DNA of 64,000 nucleotides from Octopus sinensis (GCF_006345805.1 NC_043000.1:124682001-124746000); one strand, 5' to 3'; shown: positions 12,463 to 25,560, counted from the stretch's first letter. Translations and numbers: made by a program. The notes: generated by a model not told the origin, from the sequence alone.

Positions 12463-13639
12463 ACTTTTTCACTTCCCGAGCATTATACTAATATATCTGT
12501 TTGTTGTCTACACCACCTGTCTTCGTCTTTAGATTTGTTGTGAATTCTCCCTATATGTATGTATGAATGTATGTATGCATGTATAAGTGTGTATGTGTAT
12601 GTATGTGTGTGTCATTGTCCTGATGTCTGTGATGATTGTAACTGAGTATCAGCATCGTACAAGTGATATCATTAATTTCTAGTCTTCCATGGAAAATCAT
12701 GTCTGGGCATGAGAAATATTACATTACTTGGACACAGATGAGGGTTGGCAGCAAGAAGAGCATCCAGGCATAGAAAATCTACCTCAACAAGTTCTGTCTG
12801 ACCCATACAAGTATGGAATAGTGGACACTATATGATGATGATGATGCTGACGACGATGAGGATGGTGACGATGATGATAATACTTAATCCGTCATCTAGT
12901 TTATAACAACTCTCCTGAAACATGGATGCCTTTTGCTGATTTGACTTTGTCAATGCTGGTGCCATGTAAAAAGCATGCAATCCACTCTGTAATCTGGTTC
13001 ACATTAGGAAGGACATCCAGCCATAGAAACCATGCCAAAACAGATAAAATGAAAACTGAGCAGCTCTCCAGCTGACCAGCTCCTATTGAACCATCCAACC
13101 CATGCTAGCATGGAAAATGAACAGTAAATGATGATGATGATGACGACGACGATGGCGACGACAAGGACGACGATGACGATGATGATGATGATTACAAGCA
13201 TTCAAACTATGTTTTTGGTCTGAGAATAACCTCTTACATTCCTCCTACAAGCCTTGGGTATTCTGAATAGTTATGTGTGCTGCTCTCCCTTAACTAAGAA
13301 GCAACAACGGCAAAAAAAAGACTCAAAAATGACCCCCGTTCTGTTCAAGTGCTGGAGTTGGTTTAATTAACTTTTCATCAAATTCCAAATTTTGAGGCCT
13401 TGTGCACTTGTAAGATATGAGCTTGACTTTGATGTCACTAGCAGCAAATATGACCCAGTAGTTTGTACCTTGCTTTTTCTATTATTATTATTATTATTAT
13501 TATTATTTTTATTATTTGTATCATTAGTACATTGTTTTTATTCATGTCTTTGAGAGGCTTTGCTTATAAAACATGCACAAACTCTCCCACACATATGTTG
13601 CCATACTCAAAACCCAAATCATTATTCTTCTTCTTCTCG

Positions 13640-13936
13640 CCCTTTCCAAGCCTAGCCAGGCTCATGGGCCTGGTTTCCCAGTTTCTGTGGCGTATGTGTT
13701 CCCCCCAGCTGGACAGGACACCTATCCATCGTAGCATTACTTAAGAAACAGGAAGAGCGAGTGAGAGAAAGTTGGGGCAAAAGAGTACAACAGGGGTTGC
13801 CACCACCCCCTGTTGGAGCCTCATGGAGCTTCAGGTGCTTTTGCTCAATAAACACACACAATGCCCGTCTGGGAATCGAAACCACGATCCTCCGACCGTG
13901 AGTCTGCTGCCCTAACCACTGGGCCATTGCGCCTCC
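13640..13936 (-). mobile_element. SINE family C
   Basis: Minus-strand head GGAGGCGCAATGGCCCAGTGGTTAGGG..GGTTTCGATTCCC. Confidence 0.9.
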
Positions 13937-13977
13937 ACAAATCATTATTCACCTGTCTGATGCCAAAGTTATTTCAG

Positions 13978-14018
13978 CAAGACACTGTTCTGTCCATGAA
14001 TTTAAGTTTTAATGAAAG
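13978..14018 (+). CDS. Candidate 41-nt exon (QDTVLSMNLSFNE)
   Basis: ttatttcAG acceptor, strong AAG|gtaaga donor, one open frame. Confidence 0.3.
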
Positions 14019-15149
14019 GTAAGAAATTCTTCATATTTTACATAATTGCCAGACATCTTTTTTCCACTAGAGATTAAATTTATCAGAAAATTCACTGAAT
14101 AGTCTTTGTTCTCCTTAAGTCTGATTTTTAAAATGAAAAATAATTCTTAATTATTTGATTCGCTTTTAAAGAATTTTAATTTTATTTTATATAATCGAAA
14201 ATTTAGTGTATTTACTTCAAATTTAAATATCTTTTTCTAGTTTGAATTTATAAGTGCTTCTTTCATTTTTACTCATTTCCTCTTTAATTATTAATAATTG
14301 TTAATAATTCAGAAATATTATTATGAAATACTGATGTATTTAAACTGAAGAAAATATTGAAAAAAAATTATGGCTGTTACTTTTGTGAAACTTTGGCTTA
14401 GAATTATTGCAAATCAGAGTACCAACTTAGAATGTTTCAAAGCCCAGTTCCTAGCACCAGGACCTGGCAATGGGTTGCTCAAAGCCCAAATAAGTGCTTG
14501 TTTCAGTCATTAGTCTGTGGTCATACTGGGGCACCACCTAATGAACTTTAGTTGAATGAATCAGCACCAGTACTTTTTTAGGTCTGGTACTTATTCTATC
14601 AGTCTCCTTTGTCAAACTGCTAAGTTACCGGGATGCAAACACACCAACACAGTTTGTCAAGCAGTGAAGGGGAACAAACACTGATACAAAGACATACACA
14701 TATACATACATATATAGTGAGCTTCTTTCAGTTTCCATCTACCATGTCCACTCACAAAGCTTTGGTTGAACTTGAGGCTATAGTAGAAGACAATTGCTCA
14801 AGGTGTCAGACTCTGGAAATGAACCTGGTACCATGTGGTTGGGAACCTAGTTTCTTATTTATTATTTCTTTATTGCCCACAAGGGGCTAAACACAGAGGG
14901 GACAAACAAGAACAGACAAAGGGATTAAGTCGAATACATTAATCCCAGGGATAAAAGACAAAGTCGACCTCAGCGGAATTTGAACTCATAACGTATTGGG
15001 AACGGTTGGGAAGCTAGTTTATTACCACACAGCCACATTTGTGCCTATTAAATATATCATGAAATACAATTAACACAAGTTAGTTTATCATTTACAGTGA
15101 GTGAGAGAGCAATCCTAAACTATGGAGTTAGAGTTTATCAAAATTAGTG

Positions 15150-15770
15150 ACAGAAGACTATAATATTTATTTCTTTATTGCTCACAGAGTGCTAAACATA
15201 GAGGGAACAAACAAGGACAGATGAAGGGATTAAGTCAATTACATCAACCCCAGTGTGTAACTGGTACTTATTTAATCAACTTTGAAAGGATAAAAGACAA
15301 AGTTGACCTCAGCGGAATTTGAACTCAGAATGTAATCGCAGATGACATACCTATTTCTTTACTACCCACAAGGGACTAAACACAGAGAGGACAAACAAGG
15401 ACAGACAAACAGATTAAGTCGATTATATCGACCCCAGTACATAACTGGTACTTATTTAACCCTTTAGTATTTAAACCAGCCATATCCGGCCAAAATAGCT
15501 AATCTGTTTTATGTTCAAACTGACCAGATCCAGGCTCTCACACCTACCCTACAATGTTATTCTACATTAAGTAATTACACCATCAAGATCTTGAAGATAT
15601 GAGATAATGCATGATTAATACAAATCAATGGGAATCAATAGGCATTATGTTTAATAGAATAATCTGAACGCTAAAGGGTTAATCGACCCCGAAAGGATGA
15701 AAGGCAAAGTCAACCTCAGTGAATTTGAACTCAGAACATAGCGGTAGATGAAATACCGCTAAGATTATAA
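15150..15770 (-). mobile_element. Multimeric SINE family B cluster
   Basis: Repeated body and tail units, interrupted by a TTAA MITE. Confidence 0.8.
15460..15678. mobile_element. piggyBac-type MITE with TTAA TSD
   Basis: TTAA|CCCTTTAG...CTAAAGGG|TTAA; removing it restores the SINE sequence GGTACTTATTTAATCGACCCC. Confidence 0.9.
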
Positions 15771-16101
15771 CATTATAGTGGATATTATATATTGCTGTTA
15801 TATATTGCTATGACAGTGAACAACTATGTTAAGTCTAAAATTGCTTTAAGTGAATACTATATGTTCTTAGTTAAACTGCATACATAAGTTTTTGTAGTAT
15901 ATGAAAAAGTTTATGTAAGATATGAAACAAATACTGAAATCTTAATAAATTTTAATGTACTTATATCCATTACTTTCAAAAATATTTGATTCAGTGGAAA
16001 CAAAAAGCTAAAACAAATGCTGTGCTGAAGAAGACAATCTGAATTCACTGAATGTTATTTCTACAATAGAGACACCAGTTACATAATGTTAAAAGATAAA
16101 A

Positions 16102-16263
16102 GGTGCAGGAGTGGCTGTGTGGTAAGTAGCTTGCTTACCAACAACACACTTCCAGGTTCAGTCCCACTGCATGGCACCTTGGGCAAGATTTTTCTACAAT
16201 AGCCTTGGGCCAACCAAAGCCTTGTGAGTGGATTTGGTAGACAGAAACTGAAAGAAGCCAGTC

Positions 16264-16354
<91 letters not shown>

Positions 16355-16608
16355 TGTGTTTGGGTGTGTGTGTGAGTGTGTGTGTGTGTGTGTGTGTTTG
16401 CTTGTGTATCTGTGTTTGTTCCTCCAGCATTGCTTGACAACCGATGCTGGCGTGTTGATGTTCCTGTAACTTAGTGGTTCGGCACGAGAAATCGATAGAA
16501 TAAGTACTAGCCTTACAAAGAATAAGTCCTGGGATTAACTTTCTCAACTAAAGGCAGCGCTCCAGCATGGCCACAGTCAAATGACTGAAACAAATAAAAG
16601 TAAAGAAA
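16102..16608 (+). mobile_element. SINE family A, full length
   Basis: A and B boxes, expanded (TA)(TG) tract, tail. Confidence 0.9.
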
Positions 16609-17443
16609 AGTGTGGATGGCAAAACATTTGAGGCAGCAATTAAGTTTTGTAGGAATAGTTTTTAAAATATTTCCTTTAGTGATATCATTCCATCATTCTA
16701 TCAATTCATCAATCCTTGAATTGGAAGCTTGAATAAACACATCCAGCACTTGTTTCAATCTTTTTCACCCAACATAATCAAGCTCTCCCCTGCTGTGGTT
16801 AAAGTAATTTTCTCTGTCTTTAAGAAGGGAATTTAAGTGGATAACTTAAGCGAAAACTCAAGGAAGGGTAATCTAATAAAATTTCTAGATTTCAAAAGAT
16901 ATTGAATTATTTTACCTGCCTGACCAGCTCTGATGCCAGTGGCATGTAAAAAGCACCATTCAAACATGGTCAATGCCAGTACTACCTGAGTGGCCCACGA
17001 GCCGGTGGTACATAATAAAAAGCACCCACTATACTCTTGGAGTGGTTGGTGTTAGGAAGAGCATCCAGCTGTAGAAACCTTGCCAGATCAGATTGGAGCC
17101 TGGAGCAGCCTCCTGGCTTGCCAGTCCTCAGCCGAACTGTCCAACCCAATGCCAGCATGGAAAACGGACGTTAAACGATGATGATGATGATGATGATGTC
17201 AATCATGTCAACGTTTACAGCCAAAGCAAGCCAACAAAGAACCAATGGAAACATTAATAATAAACAAACCACGAGAGCTCTTTCTAACAATTTTTAATCT
17301 CTCAATGACACTTTTGATACAGATTATCATAATGATAAACATGGAAGTACATATGAAACAAAAGACAAAGCAGAAATATGAACTAGGAAACAATTTCAGT
17401 GATTTCATAGAATATAACAGCCTTGCAAACTGGCACATAATAG

Positions 17444-17849
17444 TACTCTTTTACTCTCTTACTCTTTTATTTGTTTCATTCATTTGACTGTGGCCATGCT
17501 GGAGCACCGTCTTTAATCGAGCAAATTGACCCCAGGAATTATTCTTTGGAAGCCTAGTACTTATTCTATCGGACTCTTCTGCGAACCACTAAGTTATGGG
17601 TATGCAAGCACACCAGCATCGGTTGTCAAGTGACAACACAGACACACAAACATATACACACACATACATATATATGTACATATATACGATGGGCTTCTTT
17701 CAGTTTCCGTCTACCAAATCCACTCACAAGGCTTTGGTTAGCCCGAGACTATAGTAGAAGACACTTGCCCAAGGTGCCACACAGTGGGACTGAACCCGAA
17801 ACCATGTGGTTCGTAAGTAAGCTGCTTACCACACAGCCACTCCTATGCC
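17444..17849 (-). mobile_element. SINE family A, full length
   Basis: As for the other family A copies. Confidence 0.9.
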
Positions 17850-18100
17850 TATAAATAATTATTCTATACAGAATGGTTCAATGTAAGACATTGTTTCTTT
17901 TTTAGAAATAAAATTAAAACAATGCAAAACATATGATGCATATACTGAATTTAGTAGGGTTTACAAGGAGCAAAATAAATGTTTCTAAAACAAATACTTA
18001 TGGAAAAAAAAATTTAAAAAAAGACTGAGCTGTGATAAGAACTGGGTTAATTTGTTCAAATAACGAAAACTGTATAAATTGGTTTTGATGAATTTGAAAG

Positions 18101-18180
18101 TTATCATCTTCTGCTATCAGATGAAAATTATTATCTTCTGCTATCAGATGAAAATTATTATCTTCTGCTATCATCTTTAT
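18101..18180. repeat. 27-bp tandem repeat, ~3 copies
   Basis: TCTTCTGCTATCAGATGAAAATTATTA units. Confidence 0.9.
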
Positions 18181-18677
18181 ATTCATTTGTGAAAGAACTC
18201 CAAGAAAATTCAGACTCACTGTGAATTAGAAACAAAAGGCTTGTATGAAAAAATAACTTCAAGTTATTCTGATGTTTCCAAAAATGTGGTAAAAAAATTT
18301 TTTTACATAAAACAAGTCACAGTGCTTCTTTGAGAGGACCTAATAGATTTATTGCAGAAGTTCTTAATCAACTCTATGGCTGCTTGGTAATCTAATTACA
18401 TTAGAGGATTAAATTATATGAGTAGATTGTGAAAAGGTCTAAGTTCCTCTTAGATTTGGTGCACTATGCTGAAATTGATGTGGACAAAATTAAACTTATA
18501 TCATATTACAAAAATGATATTGACCACAAAATAATAAATGTGTGTTGACAGTTCAAAGGATATTTGCACTTCAAGAAATTCTAGATTATGAAGAAAACAC
18601 ACTATCCAGAATGCAATACACAGAAATTCTTTCAGACACATCTAAATGAAGTATTTAAAAAAATTACTAACACTTAA

Positions 18678-18897
18678 CCCTTTCATTACCAACCTGGCTG
18701 AAACCGGCTTTGGCTCTGAGTACAAATGTCTTGTTTTCATAGGTTTTGAATTAAAATCTTCCACCAAGCCTTAGTTACAATTAATGTTCCTAACACTAGA
18801 TTAATGATAACTAAGTCATTTTACTAAATTCTTTGTTATATTTAAAGTAATTGAAAGAAATACAGAGCATCTCAAAATAGATACAGTAACGAAGGGG
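18678..18897. mobile_element. piggyBac-type MITE with TTAA TSD
   Basis: TTAA|CCCTTTCATTAC...GTAACGAAGGGG|TTAA. Confidence 0.85.
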
Positions 18898-19236
18898 TTA
18901 ATCTGTATTTGACAATGCCTACCATGAGCTGTGAAGCAGAAAGGAATTTTTCAAAGCAATCCTTTATACATAACAAAAATTTCAATCTACTTTCATTGAA
19001 GATCACTTAAATTCATTATCCATATTGATAAAATGATCTCGCAAGGAAATTCTCATATGACAAAAACATTCCATGAATATGTTACTGGAACCCACCTCCC
19101 CTTGAAAAATATGAGTATTTTGGTATAATGGGTTTTTTCATGATATTCATTTTCTTCGGCATTTGAAGTGAAAGATTATATTATCTCTGGTCTTTTCTGT
19201 ATTTTGTTTCCTTACCCATGATGCAACAAGCACATA

Positions 19237-19282
<46 letters not shown>

Positions 19283-20093
19283 GTGTACTGTTCTGTGATG
19301 ATAAAATCAACAAAAAAGTATGCGATCTGGTGAAAAGATACCTGACATGTTAAAGACACTGTTTGGCATACTCTCAGCACATGAAACTAATAGTAGCACA
19401 TAAATACATGTGTTGTGTTCATTAAATAATGAATAATATATATGTAGAAATATGTATATGTATGTACAATCTCTAATTTTCATTCACTGTAATTTGAGAT
19501 CAATAAGGTATAGTAAATTTTATTCACATCATTAACTATGACATATGATGAAAAAATCTATTCTTTTTCGTTTTATATTTCTTGAGCCCCAGGATTCATA
19601 AGACCAGTTACCAAGCTTTCATGGCATAAAAGTGTCCAAAATCACAACATTCTCTCTGAATGGAATGACCAGTCCATTACAGGGTCCAAGGCTGGCAATT
19701 TTTAAAGGAGAGGACAAGTCAATTACATCAACCCCCATATACTTGACTAGCATTTTATCTTATCAACCCTGAATGGATGGAAAGTGAAGTTGATCTCAAC
19801 GGGATTTGAACTCAGAACATCAAGATCCTGAAGAAATGCTGCTAAGCATTTTGTATAATGTGTTAATGATTCTGCCCGTTCAGCACCTTGAGAAAATGTA
19901 TTACAGCAATTTAGATAAAAATCTGAGATGTACTGATTAAATTTCTTATTAAGTTTTTAATTCACTGCCATGGTACAAACACATTAAAGACAATAAGAGC
20001 TGTTACCCTGATCTTGTTGTTTGTAGAAAAGGGCTCACCACATGGACCCATCTTCAAGAATTTCATATAGTCACACTGTTTTCTGCTCTTTAG

Positions 20094-20150
20094 GCCTTGA
20101 GATTCTTGTGTGGAAAGCAAGATCTTTCAGACCTTGTTGAATATTTGGAT
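20094..20150 (+). CDS. Candidate internal coding exon, 57 nt, phase 0/0 (ALRFLCGKQDLSDLVEYLD)
   Basis: Strong acceptor ctgttttctgctctttAG and donor GAT|gtaagt; unique sequence; only one open frame. Confidence 0.55.
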
Positions 20151-20348
20151 GTAAGTATTATTGTCACAGGCTGCCCACAACAGTTCAAAATTCTGAAAAT
20201 GTAGGTCCACCACCTACATTTATATGGCTACTTCTGTTGTCTGTCTTTAAGAATATTTTAATTGTCTCTTTAAGTTGCTCTCAGAAGAGTTTTTAAAGAG
20301 AAGTATATCATATTAGTCCGGTAAGAATCATTAATTTTATAAATGAAT

Positions 20349-20390
20349 CTCTCTCTCTCTCTCTCACACACATTCTCTCTCTCTCTCTCT

Positions 20391-20453
<63 letters not shown>

Positions 20454-20466
20454 TATAAATATACAT

Positions 20467-20519
<53 letters not shown>

Positions 20520-20790
20520 CACACACACAAACATACATACATTTATATACATATATATGTATAATATATTTATATATATACATGTGTATACATACATATA
20601 CATACATATACATAGATATACATAGATATATAATACATATATATATATTATATGTATAAAAATATATATGTAAATATATGCATAGATGTATAAGATATAT
20701 ATGTATATTGTATGTATAAAAAATATATGTAAATATATGTGTATATATATATTATAATTATACACACACACATATATACATATGTGTGTG
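20349..20790. repeat. Compound (CT)n/(TA)n/(CA)n microsatellite
   Basis: Direct. Confidence 0.95.
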
Positions 20791-20859
20791 TGTGTGAATA
20801 TCCATTAAGCAATATTTGCAAGTATTTACATTAAAAATATTTCATACAAAGCAGAATCT

Positions 20860-21070
20860 AAGACAACTTCTGATCCGTTAACATCGTTAATAACTTGTCT
20901 TTTCATTAAAGGTCACTCTTTGGTCTCCCTTTGTTTCTGATCTTTTATAGATTTTTCAATACAATTCCACGAATCTTTGATTGTATTGAATATGAAGTGT
21001 ACAACTATTTATCTTGTGGTATATGTTCCTCTGATGTTTGATGTCTCCTTAATAGGTAAACTCAGAGACT
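20860..21070 (-). mobile_element. Very decayed LINE (RTE-like) fragment
   Basis: GDIKHQRNIYHK.. resembles the fragment at 39500-39780; many stops. Confidence 0.35.
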
Positions 21071-21300
21071 ATGCGGTTTATTACTGTTTTCAGTTAACCA
21101 CAATGGATATGTTTATACATGAAATTATATAATTATAATTATCATAATGTGGAAAATGTCAATGAGGCCTTGTGTATATAGCGTCTGAAATCCTGCAAAA
21201 AATAAATAAATGAAAATAAAAACGTAAAAAAATATAAATAATAATGAATTATTATTGTTAACATCATTAACATCTTAAATGTCACTCATCGTGATTTTTT

Positions 21301-21740
21301 TGTTTTTTTTTATATGATTGTTGTGGCTGTGGGTGTAACTACCACCACTGTCACCATCACTGCAATTGTGATGCTGATCACTATGATTAGCATCATTATC
21401 CTCCTCCTTGTCATTGTCGTCATCATCATCATTGTCATTACCATCATCATTAACCTCGTCCTCCACTTCTTCCTCCACTTCTTCCTCCTCTTCTTCCTCC
21501 ACTTCTTCCTCCACTTCTTCCTCCTCTTCTTCCTCCACTTCTTCCTCCTCTTCTTCCTCCACTTCTTCCTCCTCTTCTTCCTCCACTTCTTCCTCCTTTT
21601 CTTCCTCTTCTTCTTCCTCCTCTTCCTTCTTCTTTCCCTTGTCTGCTTCCTCTCCCTCCTCCTCTTCCTTTTTCCTTCTTTCGCCTACTCTTCCACCACC
21701 ACCATATCATCATTGTTGTCATCATCACATTCCTCATCAT
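21301..21740. repeat. (CAT)n/(CCT/CTT)n low-complexity array
   Basis: Direct; includes 24-bp higher-order units. Confidence 0.95.
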
Positions 21741-21992
21741 TTTTTCCTTTTGTAAGGCATTGAACAATTCCATCTGTAGACTAGACCATTTAATTGAAAT
21801 CAGGAACAAATGGAGCAGCTGTGTTGATTATTTAATATTAACAAGAGATTGTCTTGTAAATGTTAATGAATGATTCTTTAACATTCTAAATAGGAATCCT
21901 ATGAAGACTGATATTCTACCAGTGACGTTTATTCATTTGGTTTGCTTCTTATGAAGAGAAGAGGAACTTTGCACTTTGGGACTGACTCTTTA

Positions 21993-22466
21993 AGCTTTAA
22001 GACCAAGGAAAAAATATTAAGTTTAATAATATTAATAATATTAATAATAATAGCTTTAAGACTAAGAAAAAATATTAAGTTTAATAATATTAATAATATT
22101 AATAATAATAGTTTTAAGACCAAGAAAAAATATTAAGTTTAATAATATTAATAATATTAATAATAATAGCTTTAAGAGCAAGAAAAATATTAAGTTTAAT
22201 AATATTAATAATATTAATAATAATAGCTTTAAGACCAAGAAAAAATATTAAGTTTAATAACATCAATAATATTAATAATAATAACTTTAAGACCAAGAAA
22301 AATATTAAGTTTAATAATAATAATAATATTAATAATAATAATAGTTTTAAGACTAAGAAAAAATATTAAGTTTAATAATATTAATAATATTAATAATAAT
22401 AACTTTAAGACCAAGAAAAATATTAAGTTTAATAATATTAATAATATTAATAATAATATTAAGTTT
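21993..22466. repeat. AT-rich minisatellite, ~58-62 bp unit, ~8 copies
   Basis: TTTAAGACCAAGAAAAAATATTAAGTTTAATAATATTAATAATATTAATAATAATAG units. Confidence 0.95.
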
Positions 22467-22747
22467 TGTAATATTTTCCCTCTCTCTCAGAGAAAGGTAC
22501 ATTCCAATTCTTCATCTACACCAGTGGTTCTCAACCATTTTTTTTAATCAATGAATCCCTTTGATTGTTATTCTGTTCTGGTGGACCCTCGTAGTCATTC
22601 AATGTTTAAAAATTAGTTCTATAAATACAACTTCCAAAATTCCTATTTCATTTTTCACACTCTAACTTGTGTTGGTTAAAACTATGTAAAACCATTTATC
22701 AATTCCTTTTGCAAGATTCTTGATGTGAAATCGTGTGTTGAAGCAGA

Positions 22748-23456
22748 TATTGTTGTATTTTGAGATGGTTGTTTTTTTTTTAATGCCAAATATACACATG
22801 CACTATATATTTTTTCTTGACTCGTTTATTACTGTTCTTATTTTATTATTTTAACTCATGTCTATTGTCGTGAAATCTTTCATGTGGGGTGCAGTGGTGG
22901 GGGTGCAAGGATGGGGCTGAGGGGAAGGACACACACTGCTACTAAAAACTATGACACACACACATACACACATACAAACAAGGACATAAACACATGCACA
23001 CATAGGAAGTGGAGCAAGAACACCATGTAAATGAAAAGTGTCACTGAAGATGGTGGTGATGCTGCTGTTGGTGGTGGTGGTGGTGGTGGCGGTGTAGTTA
23101 ATCTTTGGTCATTGTTTTTTCCCCCAAATAAACTAAAAAATGCTTTACTTTCTTTTATCTTTCTTTTACTTGATTCCCCCATCGATTGTGGCCATTCTGG
23201 AGCACCGCTTTCAAGGGTTTTAGTTGAACAAATCAACTTCCATCCCAATACTTTTTTCAAGTCTGGTACTTATTCTATCGATCACTCTTGCCATACTCCT
23301 AAGTCACGAAAATGTAAACAAATTAACACCTGTTGTCAACAGGGTGGTGGAGGAGACACACATATACACATACAGATACATACAAACACACACACACACA
23401 TACACACAAACACACACACACACACACACACATGCATACGTATATATTCTTTTATT
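22748..23456. repeat. Blocks A (22748-23050) and B (23049-23456), duplicated in inverted orientation at 25216-25515 and 25512-25926
   Basis: Near-identical reverse complements by direct comparison. Confidence 0.9.
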
Positions 23457-23693
23457 CTTTTGTTTCAGTCATTTGCTGGAGCATCACCTTTAGTTGAGCA
23501 AATCGAGCCCAGGACTTATTTTTGTAACCCTAGTACTCATTGTATCAGTCTCTTTTGCCAAACTGCTATGTTACGGGGATGTAAACACACCAACATTGGT
23601 TGTCAAGCAATGTTGAGGGGGACAAACACAGACACACAAACATACTGCTTGCGTCTGAAGCTTTTTTTATTGTCTCTATTTATTTCTGTGTCA

Positions 23694-23729
23694 CTTTCTG
23701 TTGAAGAGCATAGGCTTGAAACGTAAAAG
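23694..23729 (+). ncRNA. Hammerhead-like motif, family 2
   Basis: CTTT-CTGTTGA-A-GAGC-ATAG-GCTT-GAAAC-GTA-AAAG. Confidence 0.65.
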
Positions 23730-23922
23730 ACTTTCTCACCTTCCCAAGTGTTAAACTAATACACCTCTTTGTTGTTTATACACCTGTCTTCGTCTTTTCT
23801 TTTTCTGTAAATTCCAACTACATATATATATATATGGTGAGAATTTACAAAAAAACTAAAGACAAAGATGGGTGTGTAAACAAGAAACAGCTGTATTAGT
23901 TATGCTCGAGAAGTGAGAAAGT

Positions 23923-23958
23923 CTTTTACATTTCGAGCCTATGTTCTTCAACAGAAAG
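23923..23958 (-). ncRNA. Hammerhead-like motif, family 2, inverted partner
   Basis: Reverse complement CTTT-CTGTTGA-A-GAAC-ATAG-GCTC-GAAAT-GTA-AAAG. Confidence 0.55.
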
Positions 23959-24030
23959 GGACATAGAAATAAAAAGTGAGAGAAAATAAAAAGCGGTTTA
24001 GTGGCTAGCGATCTATCATGGAGATACATA

Positions 24031-24120
<90 letters not shown>

Positions 24121-24128
<8 letters not shown>

Positions 24129-25027
24129 AAATACGTTCTGTCTGTCTGTGTGTGTGTCTTCTAGGATCTCAGGCATCCTCAATCCGATTGCGCTCAAATT
24201 TGATATGTAGATACCGACGGTATCAGGGCATGTATACGTCTTGAAAAAGTTACAAAAATCGATTCCAGGTGAGAATGCGATCGATAAAGCCGTGGGAACG
24301 TGCATTTGTACGCACAAGTATATCAGTTGTTGCGATCAATACTATGTGTATGTGAGAAAACTGCACGGGCAGTTTGTGCAAAAAAAGCCGACTGGCTTGA
24401 AATAATGCCACAAATTGCAGTATACTTAAGAGACCAAAAAAAGTAAGATGCAAAAGAGATATTTTCTTCAAACTTGACATGAAAGAAGGAAAGACTATTT
24501 GGTTTCTCAAGAAGTTTTTTTTTTGCCTTAACTTCATTTAACAAAACCAAAAATTTTATTGAAATAAAGGCATGCTTAATTATTTTTTAATGAAAAGAAA
24601 ACACTGATTGCTTTTTATTCAGCAGATATGATTCACCGCCGTCCATTGGAAAATAGAAAATTGGCGGTCCACATTGGAAAATGGAAAATTGGAGGTCCAC
24701 AGTAGTATTTTAAGGGTTCATGAAAAAGTATTACTTTGAACATATTTTGAGGGTCCACAGAAGCAAAATAGAAAATTGGAGGTCCACAGTAGTATTTTAA
24801 GGGTTCATGAAAAAGTATTATTTAGAATGTATTTTGAGGGTCCACAGAAGCAAAATAGTAAATTGGAGGTCCACAGTAGTATTTTAAGGGTCCATGAAAA
24901 AGTATTACTTAGAACGTATTTTGAAGGTCCACAAAAGCAAAATAGTAAATTGGAGGTCCACAGTAGTATTTTAAGGGCCCATGAAAAAGTATTACTTAGA
25001 ACGTATTTATTGCAGGGAACAGCTACT
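24121..25027 (+). mobile_element. Non-autonomous Helitron-like element with internal satellite
   Basis: 5' TATATAAAA..TCTGTCTGTCTGTG merging into (TA)n; degenerate 3' GCAGGGAACAGCTACT end. Confidence 0.55.
24691..25010. repeat. 87-bp tandem array, ~3.7 copies
   Basis: GGAGGTCCACAGTAG starts at 24691, 24778, 24865 and 24952. Confidence 0.95.
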
Positions 25028-25062
25028 TATAATAAAGTTTCTTTTTCAAAGATTTTGCATGT

Positions 25063-25515
25063 TGTTGTATTTAGAATAGTCATTTTTTCTTCTTATTTTT
25101 TTGCCAAATAAACACACACACTATATATTTTTTTTCACTCGTTTATTACTGTTCTTATTTTATTATTTGAACATATGTCCATTGTCCAGAAATCTTTTGT
25201 CACACATCTGTGACCTCTTCAGTGACACTTTTCATTTACATGGTGTTCTTGCTCCACTTCCTATGTGTGCATGTGTTTATGTCCTTGTTTGTATGTGTGT
25301 ATGTGTGTGTATCATAGTTTTTAGTAGCAGTGTGTGTCCTTCCCCTCAGCCCCATCCTTGCACCCCAACCACCACACCCCACATGAAAGATTTCAGGACA
25401 ATAGACATGAGTTAAAATAATAAAATAAGAACAGTAATAAACGAGTCAAGAAAAAATATATAGTGCATGTGTATATTTGGCATAAAAAAAACAACCATCT
25501 CAAAATACAACAATA
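25063..25515. mobile_element. Penelope-like terminal-repeat derivative with ~140-bp inverted arms
   Basis: Arms are homologous to the 3' end of the PLE at 46900-47050. Confidence 0.65.
25184..25226 (-). ncRNA. Hammerhead-like motif, family 3
   Basis: GTCA-CTGAAGA-G-GTCAC-AGATGT-GTGAC-(a)AAA-GATTTC-TGGAC. Confidence 0.65.
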
Positions 25516-25527
25516 AAAGAATATATA

Positions 25528-25560
<33 letters not shown>

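Larger units (their letters stand above)
18000..19085 (+). mobile_element. Decayed hAT transposase remnant
   Basis: After the MITE, LYLTMPTMSCEAERNFSK resembles the hAT C-terminal dimerisation motif; the upstream part is assigned only by continuity. Confidence 0.65.

Noticed and set aside
14345-14375. CTGAAGA..GAAA hammerhead-like spacing
   Set aside because: No stem II loop and no stem I or III pairing. Similar chance hits at ~16025 and ~39746 were also dropped.
20308-21809. YI-, E- and S-rich ORFs
   Set aside because: Microsatellite translations.
23031-23726. 231-aa ORF
   Set aside because: It crosses a rearrangement junction, two SINE halves and a (CA)n tract.
24776-25111. 111-aa ORF with 29-aa repeats
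   Set aside because: It is a by-product of the 87-bp satellite, with no splice or homology support.
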